In this document: positions 27,601 through 39,600 of the stretch, piece by piece
How positions within the stretch are numbered: the first letter of the stretch is position 1
How the letters are laid out: every line of letters begins with the position of its first letter
Assembly: GCA_013239625.1 (NCBI GenBank)
Contig: PNXV01000239.1
Span: forward strand, 124,001 to 188,000
From: Lama guanicoe
Taxonomy: Eukaryota
Direction of reading: 5' to 3'
DNA: 64,000 nt
Notes under the pieces: generated by a model
Seen by the model: only the letters and a program-made list of their open reading frames with translations
Databases searched by the model: none
Told to the model about the DNA's origin: nothing
Made by a program: the position numbers and the translations under genes

Positions 27601-30600
27601 TGGCACTGAGTACTGGGGAGAATTTCTCCTGTTGGAGCCTCATAATGAACATGATGTGTATGATCCATGTGATCAAAATTCTCAAGGTCCCTTGACCATA
27701 TAGTCGGGCCATTACGTGTCCCTGGATGCAGGCTGATGGCAGAGCCCTAAAGCTGGGGGCAGGGCAGGACAAGTCAGTCTGAGTGAGTGAGTCTCTGATA
27801 TTGGATGTGATTTAAGAATAAAATTTAGCACTGGTGAGCAAACACTGTCTATAAAGAGCCAGATAAACAGAGGCGTTGTAGGCCATATGGTCTCTGTTGC
27901 AAGTACTCAACTCTGCCCTTGTGGAGTGAAAGAAGTACAGACATTGCGCAACAAATGGCATGACTGTGTTCCAGTAAAACTTTATTTACAAAAGCAGGCT
28001 ACCGGCAGATTTAGCCTGGGCTGTTGTTTGCTGTCTCAGGCTCTGGAGGAAATAAAAGGATACGGTCTTGAGACGTTCGGCTGTGGGAAATATGTCTCCT
28101 AATTTAGCATGAAATAAGAATCAGTGAGAATTTAAATTAGTCACTGGGGCGATAATGCAGAGTATAGGTATTTTGTGCTCCTATCGAAGGACAAGATCCG
28201 TGTGCTTTGAAAATCACCCAGGGGGTAGAGGTGGGAGCCTGAAATAAGAAAAAAGACACCCTGCCTGGGTCTGTGCCTGAGGAGATGGCCACCTGGCAGA
28301 CCCCAGCGGGGTATTACAAGATAGGCCATGAAGGTTGGGATCCAAGTTTAGAGGATGAGCTGAATGATCTGGCCAGCACAAGGTAAACCATGTTTACACA
28401 GTGCAGTGGTTCTCAAAGTATGATCTCTGGACAAGCTGTATCAGTATCACCTAGGAACGTTTAAAAATGCGAATTCTCAAGCCCTGCCCTAGGCCTATGG
28501 CATGGAAAGCTCTGGGAGCAGAGTCCCCAGTCTGCATTTTACTAAGCCTTCTAGGTGCTTCTGTAGCAAGCCCAAGTTTGAGAACTACTGAGGCTGCTGA
28601 TCATAACCTCTGTGTTTTTCCTCTTGAACAGGGAAGGACTCAGCAGATTCTCTGAAGCCTCCCAAGTCCTTTCTGAGCACCAATCTCATTCAAAAAGCCA
28701 AACTCCAGAGCAGTACCTTCCCACTGTTCACCGAAGGGCTCATACGGAACCGAACCGCCCAGGAGAAAGTGCTGGCCTTGGAGCAGCAGGTTCTGATGCT
28801 CACCAAGGAGCTAACGGCTCAAAAGGTAAGCTCTGGCCCAAGAGAAGCCCCAGGCTTCAGTGGACCCCTCTGGGCCTGGAGCCTTTGGACAAATTAGACA
28901 TGATACATTGGCCAGTCTGTGGTCCTTGACAGTCAAACTGCAGGTGGCTAGAAATGCTGTGCTGTTGATCAGTCAGGGATGTGCTATCACTCAAGCTAGG
29001 TGACAGAAGGCCACCAAGAGCAAGGTCTCTTGATCCTCTCCTGAAGGACTGTGCATGGTCTGACCCCCCTACCCAAAGAGGGACAGTGTTTGGAGGAGTC
29101 TGATCTGGGTACAGGGTCCTGGGAGGGGCCACCAAAGGAACTGGGGGATCTTTGACCTGGCAGCTGGTAAGGGGTACAAATCTCTAACGGTCTGTCACAG
29201 GACAGAGAAAGCAGGCAGGTCTGTGTGGCCCTGGGGCTGAGCAAGGCCCAACAGGGGACAGTGACAGGGAGGAAGATTTAAGCTAGAGAATAGAGAGGTT
29301 AATTATACTGGTTAAGAAAAGAACGAGCTTGGGGGGGTTGGGTACAGCTCAGTAGTAGAGTGAGTGCTTAGCATGCATGAGGTCCTGGGTTCAATCCCCA
29401 GTACCACCATTAAAAAATAATAATAATAAAAATAAATTAATAAAAGAAAAGAACAAGCTACATGATTATTGTAGAAAACAGATCATATACATACACAGGG
29501 ATTAGAATCATTCAGAAATCCTGTAACCCAGAGAGTAAATTGTGGTCATATCCAGGAGTGACCTCATGAAGTAGTAAGGGTCATGTGACAGGGAGGCAGT
29601 GGGGTTGCGGCACTGGACAATAGGCTCTTTTTTGTTTTCATTTTTCAGTTTTGTTAGGTAGGATTGTTACAATTTGACTGCACATATACAATATATTGTA
29701 TGTAAACACATATACACAATATACTGCCCATATATTTTTCATTTACATATACGTACTGTTCATTGTTTCTAAGAACGTAGCTTTTTAACTTACATAGTTA
29801 TCAAAGGAATAAAGCCAACCACAAAATAAGAATTAATTCAAAAAGATACTTACACTCTACAATTAACAGCAACATTATTTATAATTGCCAAGATATGGAA
29901 GCATCCTAAGTGCACATCAATAGATGAATGGATAAAAAAGATGCAGCATATATAAGTAATGAAATACAACATAAGAAAGAAGGGTATTTTGCCATTTATG
30001 GCCCTTCATTCACTTTTTTTTTTCACTTCAAAAACCAGAATTTTATAACTGGCATAAACATTCCCATTACATCAAAAACAAGAAAATACCTAGAAATAAA
30101 CTTAACCAAGGAGGTTACCTACACTCTGAAAACTATAGAACACTGATGAAGGAAATTGAAGGTGATGCAAGGAAATGGAAAGATACCTTGTGCTTCTGGA
30201 TTGGAAGAATCAACATCATCAAAATTGCCTTACTACCCAAAGCAATCTACAGATCCAGTGCAGTCCCTGTCAAAATGCTCACGACATTCTCCACAGAACT
30301 AGAACAAGCAATTCCAAAATTTATATGGAACCATGAAAGACCCCGAGCTACCAAAGCAATCTTTTGTAGATTTTTTTTCTCTCTTTCTTCTTTTTGTTCT
30401 CTTTTCTTGTGATTTAATGACTAGAGAAGTTCCTGTAACATTTGTTGTAAAGCTGGTTTTGTGGTGCTGAATTCTTTTACTTTTGTTTATCTGTGAAGCT
30501 TTTGATTTCTCCATCAAGTCTGAACAGAGGGGATAGGCTCTATTTAGCATAATAAAAGTCATTAAGCTTTCACAGTTGTTACCCAAATCCCGAGGGTGGT

Positions 30601-33600
30601 GCCGGTAGGGCTCCAGTGATGGGCCCCACTGAGCACCCAGGCTCCTCCGCCTCTGAGGGGAAGGCCCAAAATTTCATGCCTTGGTACCAGTGAGCCTCCT
30701 TCTGCTTTGTTTTTGCTCTTGCTCTTGGGGAGGTGGGGAGTGTCCTGTATTTACTGCTAAAAATTCTCCCCCTTGTACATTTCTTCTCTTCCTTTATGCT
30801 CTGTTTTTGGAGAAAATGTTCTCCCTATCTAGTTTTGCTCCTTCTTTGCCTTTCTTGCCCCTAAACAGTTAATACGGGAACCAGCAGACACTTCATTCCT
30901 GGCAGGTCAGGGTAACTGTTAATGAAGTAGCTGGTGATCAGAGTTCTCCAAGGAGGAAGCTCATTCGTTCATATGTTCTCAATTCATTTGTTCATTCAGC
31001 AAGTCTTTAGTGAGGACCTGTTACATGTAAGCTGAGTTCTAGGTGCTGGAAAACAAACAGTGAAGAAAGACACAAGTCCTGCCCTTGCAGGACTTCCATT
31101 TCATGGCAGAGACAGGCATTCAGCAAACCAACACCGATATATCCTTACAGCATGTAGGTCTCCTCTGCTGCCACTAGCAACCCAGCTGTCACTCTTTCCT
31201 CCAGTCACCTCTGTGTTCCTGTCAAGAGGCTGCAGGCCACTCCTGAGAGCTGAGGGCATTAAGCTGAGCTGTAGCGGCTTCCTAATCCCTGGACCAGTAC
31301 AGCTCAAGTCCCAAACCCGACCCAGACTGGAAAAGACATCTAGAATGTAAACACCACCTCTCCTTTCCATGCATCTTCCCCTTCTTTCCAGGAAACGTGG
31401 GCAGCCTCCCGTGACTCAGCCTTTCCTTCCAACGACGTGGGAGTTGTCAATGACGTGGATAATCCCCGGGAGACCTAGATTTCATCCGGGTTTGTCCCTG
31501 ATGGCTGTGCAGCCCTGGAGGACTCTCCGTTCTTCAATAAATGAGGCAAACTCATGGAGATTAGCAAGGGCTGCCTAGGCCGTTGACAACTCCCCTTCAG
31601 CAGAGTGGAAATGTCAGGAGGAAGTTGTCTGAGCACTAAAGAATCTAGACTTTGACTAGTTCACTTTCCAGCAGACCTCAGCCCTGTCCTGGGACAGATA
31701 GTCGGGAGGAGAGCAAGTCTTGGGGTTTAACTTTTGGCTCACAGCATGAGTGGATTTGCATGCTCTCCGACCCATCTCCCAAATGCACTTTAGTCTAGTG
31801 GGCCATTCAGAGCACAGGCCTTTAGATAAGATACGCAGGCCCCAATTCTGGCTCTTAACCTCTCTGAGCCTCGGTTCCCTCCTCCTTAGATGGAGCTGTA
31901 ATCCTGTTTACTGGAGAGGCCTGTGTCCAGATTCACAAAGCCCAGTGCCTGGCACGCAGCAAGTCCCCCAGACATGCAGGCTTTGGTTATGTTGGCGATG
32001 ACTGTGGCATTCACTGCCCTCCTCGTTGATTCCTGCCTGCCTTACCAGGAGTGAGGCACCCCCCTCCCCCGCCAGGGGCTCCGGAGGTGTGCTTGTGTGG
32101 CACAGCAGCATGAGCTGAGGCCCCACCACCTTCATTCCACATTAGGAAGGGGAACCCAGCCCTACCAACTCAGGTTTCGCCTTCAACCCAAATACCAAAA
32201 CCAAAGAGGGGCAGGAGGAAAAGGGACTGACTCTTGACCCACAGGTAAGACAGAGGAGCTGGCACGATCTTGGGGTACACAGTGGGACCCCAGCCACTCA
32301 GAAATGCTGGTCAGAGAGCACCTCTCCATCTGAGACCCTCCAAGTCTAATTCCTTAGCTGGGGAAACAGTCCCCTGGACCTCCTGGGCCCATGTCTACAG
32401 GATGCCCTCCTGTGACTCTTCAGTGAGAAGGCACCACCTTTCTACCTCAGGCTGCAAGAGGACATGGGAACTGGGGGTCTTCTCCAGGCTCAGATAGCCA
32501 GACAGAACCTGCCAATAGTTTTAGTGATTTTTAAAAAGAGTTTGTATCTCAGGGTCTATTGGATTCTATGGAGGGCACAGAGGTACGTTGGGCCACATCC
32601 CTGCCCTGGGGGACCTCACCCTCCAGTGGGGAAGAGACAATACGAGCACAAGTAACTGGGTATTAAGTGGCCCCAGCACTGTGCTGGAACCTTCCATGCT
32701 TTGTCACTAATCTTTACCACAGTTATCAGCTCCTTCTCCTGACGAACAAACTAAGGTTCTAAGAGGTTCTGATGCTCAGGGCCTCCCAGGCGCCAAGCCA
32801 GGGTTCACACTCTGGTCTGCCTGCCTCTAGAGCTTCTCCCTTTTCACTGCACCATGCTCAGAGAAGATGGGTGACTTCCAGGGTCACACAGCTGGAAGAG
32901 CCAGGACTTGGGCCCTGGTCTCCTTCTCCAGGTCCAGGACCGCCTCCTCCCTAGTCTTACAGTATCGGACACAAGCACCGCAACTGCTCCTCGGAACAAG
33001 TGAACACACTCCCTGTGATTCCGATGCCCATTAAGCCATTATCCCTCCCAGGCCCCTGCAGCACGGGCCCCACGGGAGATCTGGACTCTAGGAGAGAGCG
33101 CCAGATGGCGGCCTGGCCTCTGACTCAGGCTTTCAGAGCTGACAGCATCGCACCCAGCCTGGAGACTGTCTGCTCCGGCAGATGGAAGGCTGCTGTTAGT
33201 GGTGATGTTGGCCATCTGTTGGCTGCTGGGAATGGTGAACCCCTCCCAGGTGCTGCCTGGGGCCAATTTAGCTCAGGATTACTTGGTAAAAGCACGTCAT
33301 TCACTTGGGAAGCTTCTGGGAAGCCAAAGACTTCAGAGACAGGCCCTGGGGCCTGAGGTCATAAAAGAGGGTCGAGAAGGCCCCTGCTTCAGCTGGGGGA
33401 GGGACACCTGCCACATCTGCTCATCTTTTCAGTGACTCTCAGTAAAGTAAGGACCATTATCTCCATTTTACATCCGAGAAAGCTGAGGTTCAGTTTTGTT
33501 AAACACCTGCATTAGATACACCCTCATGGATCTGGAATGGGAACCAAGGCTTCTGTAACTCGAAAGCCAGTGCCCCTTCACCTGCACCCAGCTGACTCCA

Positions 33601-36600
33601 GTCCCCTTAGGGGTCAGTGGCTGAAGTGCTGCGCTCCCAGTCCAGTGCTTTTGTCACAAACAATGTTGGGCGCCGTACCGCCTTGATTTTAGTGAGTGAT
33701 GAAGGTATCAACTCTTTAATAAGATAAAGGATTTTTTTAAATGATTTATTGGCTTTTAAAAACTTTAATAAAATGACAACTTATGACCAGTTATCAAAGT
33801 CTGAGATGGGCCAGGCAATGATTTGATTAAGAAATATTAAAAGTATCACTTGATCGGCTCTTCTATTTCTAAGACTTGGTCCTAAGGCATTGCTTATAAT
33901 TGCGGGAATTGGAAATGACCCAGATGTCCATGCTGGGGTGGGTGGGATGAAGGGAACTGTGGTACCTTCGTACGAGGCGTGCTCTTGAACTGTCGCAAAC
34001 AAAGGTGTTGCTCAATACCGACTAACCTGGAGAGGCACCGTCACGTCATAAGGACAAAACCAGCTTCAGAACTGACGTTCAAGCCTTCCTTTTTGTTTCT
34101 GTTATTTTTATTGATGTGTATGTGTGTTCTTGTGACTGGCTTATTTTTACCTAACAGAATGGCCTCAAGGCTCATCCATGTTGTAACATGTGACAGTAAC
34201 ATTCCATTCTGTGCCACATTCTGTTGATCCACTCACCATCAACAGACCCTTGGGTTATCTCCACCTCTTGGGTTTTGTGAATAATGCTGCTACGAACATG
34301 GATTATTTCCACTTTTAAAGAACTTGAAAGAAGCGTTTCGGTGCAAAATCCATTAACTACACATCCTGGAGAAGCGAAGGATCTTAGGATTGGAGTTGAG
34401 AGCCCTCTGTTCTTGCTGCAGTTTTCCCTGTCATGGGGATCACCAAGTCCCTTTGGTCCCCTCCTTTCTCCTTTCTTGAGCTTCAGTCTCCCTATGTGAC
34501 AGTGAGGTGACTGGACCAGGTGGTCTCCCAGGGCCTTCCAGCCTCCAGGTGGTTTTCTAAATCCATGATCCACTCCCACTCCTCACCTCACACTTCCTGC
34601 TCCAGCTCCATCCCTCTTCCGAGTTCCTTTCCCCCTGCCCCGTTTTGGTGCAGGGATCCTGAGGTGGGAGGACAGCCTCCTAGGCTGGTGTCTTTGTCTT
34701 GGATTTGGAAAGCCAGATGTGGGAAGTGGAGAGACAGCGTTCCGATGTCATGAAATGGGCCTCAGAGTTGACTCTGAGTTGGGGGAAAGATACCCACTGG
34801 ATTCTGAGGCTAGGGCGAGTCTGACCAGTGGCACGTGTTGGTTATTTCACCAGGCAGTTACCCAAGGTAATCTCCAAACTTCAGCTGACCTAGAAAACGG
34901 TCTAGGTTTCTCGATTATCCTGGAACCACAGGAATGTTAAATTCTCTCAGCACAGCCCTGGGAAGCTGACTGCTTCATTCCAGACATTCTGGTTTGGTTT
35001 GCAACCACTGACCCCACCCCACCTTCCCGCCACACCCCAGAACTCCCACAGCTCCGCACTTGTTCTTTCATTCCTTTGAGCCTTTGCTCAAGCTGTTGGC
35101 TCAGCCTCAACTGGAAAGCCCTCCCAACGCTCAGCTCCCACCTGCTGCTGGACCATCTCGGGCCCTCCTCATTCCTCAGGATCTGCTTAAACTGCTCTGC
35201 CTTTCTCTAGGATATGCTGGTCTTCCCCCGCCTCCACCCCAGGGAGAAGTCACTGCTTGCTGCCCTGTGCCCCCACAAACACCCTTGCTTCGCTCTGCAG
35301 TAAATCATTCCATGACAGTGATTCACCTTTGCTTCCAGCAGCCTTTGTTTTCTTTGAGGGTGGGAACTGTGACCGGTCCTTCCCTGGGCCCCAGGGCCTG
35401 GCACTGAGTGATGCTTAATCAAGGTTGGATGGACAGATAGAAGAGAGAGAACCAGAGAAGGGACAGTTACTGGTATCAAGGTTTCAGGAGATGTGTGCTA
35501 ATCTGTTCTTCTCGTTAGCTTCTAAAATAAAGCCATAGACTTAGGGCAATTCTCCAAAATGGAATTGTTCTTAGCAAATATCCCTATCCAGCTGATCACT
35601 GATTTAAATACTTTGGCGTGCATACAGTTAACATGCCTCCTGGAAACCATGTTTTTCAAATGAGACTGGCATGAAGCACAGCAGTGTGACCTAAAAGCCC
35701 TAACTTCCAGGTCTGAGGTTCACGTGTGATTGGCTGCTGGGCTGCCTGGCTTCTGCTGTTCTTCCTGGTCCTGACTGAATACACATCTCTGCTTGGGGGC
35801 GAGACAGGTCCCTGGGTGCTGGGGAGGGTGGAAGCTCGAAGACGCGGGGAGCCAAACCTTGAATTTCCACGCAAATCAGGGGCTCCTGCCAAGGAATCAA
35901 TCAAGGTCTGTTTCTTCTGAACTGTCTCACGTTTCTTTGGACCAACCCTACAGGCATCGTTTGGTGAGCCGAAGACTGGGCATGGATGACTTGAATGAGG
36001 CCCTGAGTGTGTGGCTTGGCATGAGGATGGCCAACGTGTTTCCTTTCTAATGCCACCTCAGCTCGATTAGTAGTGACTGCTCAGATGCCATGTTCAGAGG
36101 GGTTCTGAGGCCTCAACCAGGCTTAGCAGGAAGGAGTATTGAGATTAGTTAGTGATGTCTGCCTCAGGAGTGACAGAGAAGAGCCAGGCCCATGTGCCAT
36201 GCCGCTGACCACCCTGCTTTCATTATTGACTGAGTACAGGCTGCTAGGAGTCCAGATGACTTGGGATTAAATTCCACTCTTCTGGGCCTCTGTACATCTC
36301 TGAAACAGACATGTATCGGTCAGGGTACAGGCCCAGCTACTGTAACATAGAAGCCTTAAAGTACCATGGCCTAAAACAAATTGGAAGTTTATTTCTGACA
36401 CTGAAGAATCCAAAGGTAAGTACACAGTTCTGAGCTGGTGGGGCGACCGTGTCATCATCAACATGCAGCTTCTGCTCGTGAGCCCCACGTGGCTACCGAG
36501 ATCTTGCCATTTCCCAGCCAGAAGGAAGGGGAACTGGGCCAGGGGAGCATGTGTGCTGCGGTTTTAAAGGTATGATCCAGAAGCCGCCCACAGCATTTCT

Positions 36601-39600
36601 CAGATCCCATTTAGGCAGAATTGTCACTTGGCCATATCTGGCTATGAGCTTGGCTGGGAAATGTAGTCTTTCACTGGGGAACCATGTATTCAACTAAAAC
36701 TCTTCTGAGCAGAAAAAGAGAATATGCATGCTGGAATTAGATGCCCCAGGGGGTGACGCCGGCCACCTCCCAGGGCTCCTAGGAGAACTGATGACAGCTT
36801 ATGCCCCACTGCTGCTGGCCCCTAACAGCCCTTCCCCAAGTTCACAGGGTGCTTCGTTTGTCCTGCCCAGGAGCTGGTGAAGATCCTGCACAAGGCTCTG
36901 GAGGCTGCCCAGCAGGAGAAGAGGGTGTCCAGCATGTACCTGGCAGCTGCCGAGGACAAGGACCGGCTGGAGCTGGTGCGGCACAAAGTGCGGCAGATCG
37001 CGGAGCTAGGCAGGAGGGTGGAGGCCCTGGAGCAGGAGCGGGACAGCCTGGTGCAGACGGCGAGCCTGCGGGAGCAGCAGGTGCAGGAGCTGCAGCAGCA
37101 TGTGCAGCTGCTCATGGACAAGAACCAGGCCAAGCAGCAGGTCATCTGCAAACTCTCTGAGAAGGTCACCCAGGACTTCATGCGGCCCCTGGCAACTCCA
37201 GATGCGGCCAACAGGGACTTTCTGAGCCAGCAGGAGAAGATGGAGCACCTGAAGGTAGGGACCCCTCCCTCCAGGCCCTGGGCCTCGGGGAGGGCATTGC
37301 TCTCGACCCTAAGGGTTTTCTAGATAGAGCAGGGCTAGCCCTTAATACTAGAATATTCATAGTTGAAATAGATGTTGATGGAGATGTTGCTAGACTCTTC
37401 CTCACTTTTTTAACCAGAAGGCCCAAGGCAAATTGATCACTTCATGATATCCTTGGCTGGAAGTGAAAGAATCTCTAAGTAATCAAATTAGAGATGAAAG
37501 ACCCCAAGGTGGAGCCAGAACTCCCAAGTGCTCTGGGGCCTGGCCCAGTCAGCTTCCTTTAGTGCCCCAGCAATGCTCTCGGGAGCCCAAGGTGCCAGGC
37601 GGCCCTCCTCGGCAGTCCTGCACACAGTCCTGCACACAAGTCGTGACCTTGGCTGGCTGTGACTTGCTTCTGATAGTCATCGCCACTCCTGCTTACAGGT
37701 TGTTTCCTGTGTGGCAGGCGCTGCCCTAAGTGCTTTACTTGCATCACTTCATTGAACCCCCGCACCAGCCCTGCGAGGCAGCTGCTCATGTGCCCCCCAC
37801 TTGACAGAGGAGAACTCTGAGGCTGAGATGGGTGAAGTAACTCGCCCAGGGCGGTGTGCTGAGCAGGTCAGGGGACGGGGGTTGGGCTGTAGCTCACATC
37901 TCTCACTAGCCTGTCTGCTCTGCTGCCTGCTAGCTTCTTTGGAGCTTCTAGCCACCACCGACATCCCTGCCTCACCCTCGTCCAGGCTGCAGTTCTCACC
38001 TGGGAAAGGCCGCCCTATCCTGCAGGGACCAGTCGCAGCAAAGCAGGCAGGAACTTTATTTTAGGTGTGATGTCGGCCACAGGCTGCAGCCTCCTCTCTG
38101 GAGGGTGGTGACAGGAACTGCCAGACCCCCGGAGGCCTGAGGCTGGGGATAGGTGCGCAGAGCCCCCACCGTCTCCACAGGCAGCCATATAGCCAGAGTC
38201 AGCCCAGCCCCCAGCCCTGGCACTCAGAGCCACACGTGTATACATCGTGTTACAGTGGAATTCCCGTGCTGCTGAATCAAAGAACTGCTGTTGAAGGAGT
38301 GAAGGGGGAAAGAAAAAGAAATCCAGGAGCTCTTGAGAGAACAGTGGGCCATGTGGTACAGTGGCCACTCCACAAACTCTGAGGTCGGGCAGCCTGTGTT
38401 TGAATCCTGGCTCTGCCTCTTCCTAGCTCTGTGATCTTGGCCAAGTTATCTTACCTTTATATAGCCTGGCCTATCCAGTCCTACTCACAGAGCTGTTACA
38501 AGGGGAGGTGACATGAAACCCAGACTCCTTCCCTTTCTTTCAGCATGAAAAACCACATGACCACTCTACGAACCTTCTCCCTTATTTAGTCGAAAATCAA
38601 AGATTCTTTAGAGTTCAAAATGAAAAAAAGACTTTCAAGTGCAGATGCGGCTAGGCTGTTAGAAAGCTCTCAGTCCCTCACATAGCTGTGAAAGTCGCTT
38701 CCATCAGCTTGCTCTCCTGCCCTACTCTGCCCTGCTAAGTTGTCTTCTTTCTTCGTCGGTCCTGCTGGAATCCACTGTTGAAGACCCAGTAGAACAGCGT
38801 GGGGGTCAGAGAGGTAGACTCACTGGTGCCTCCAGACTGCCTCAGAATTGACTGGAAGCACGGATGCACCTAGGACACTGAGTGTGCCCCTGAGTTTGCA
38901 TTTTCAGGAGTTTAATTTATCAGTGAGCCCAGATATGAAGAAACTCTGGGTACGGTTCACATCAACCATGCTTAACATTTACAGCTGATCCTTGGAGGTT
39001 GTTAGCGATCAGTCCTTCAGCTGACACCTCAGGTGTTTTGTGCTAGAAAGAGTTGCATGTGCTAGAGTGAGTCCCTTATTTTTTAGCCTTTAGGTGTCTG
39101 AGCTAGAAAAAAAAATAGAAGACTCATCAAAATTCCATTGTCTTTATGTTTGGAACAGCGTGTTCACATTGCCTGTTTGCCCTTGTGGTTGAGGGCACCT
39201 CTCTTTAGGGAAATGCCTCCTCATTGTTGAAACTGTCAGTGTGAGAATCATTGACCTCTTGAATATCAGAGCCAGAAAGACTCAGAAATCTAGCCTGCCT
39301 CTCATCTGCTGGCAGCGTCGGCCAAGCCTTGGAGAGGGGAAAGGACTGGGCCAGGGTCGCACAGCACAAGCAGCAGGATTGCAGCTAGACCCCGGGTCTC
39401 CCCACATCCAATCCACCGCCTTCCCCACTAGCACAAGGGCTAGTCCATGCAGCATTTCCCGAAGAGGGTTCCCGGGCCCCTGGGCCCTGTGAAGGCAGGC
39501 AGGCAGACTCCCGTCTTCCCTGTCCCCTCTCTGCAGTTGTGTTTTGCTCTTTGGCTTCACTGGTGACAGTCAAGTAGCTTTTCTCTTCTCTGAGATCTCT

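Noticed and set aside
29330..29410. Functional tRNA-Ala gene
   Set aside because: A-rich tail, TSD, altered acceptor stem and no oligo-T terminator indicate a retroposed SINE.
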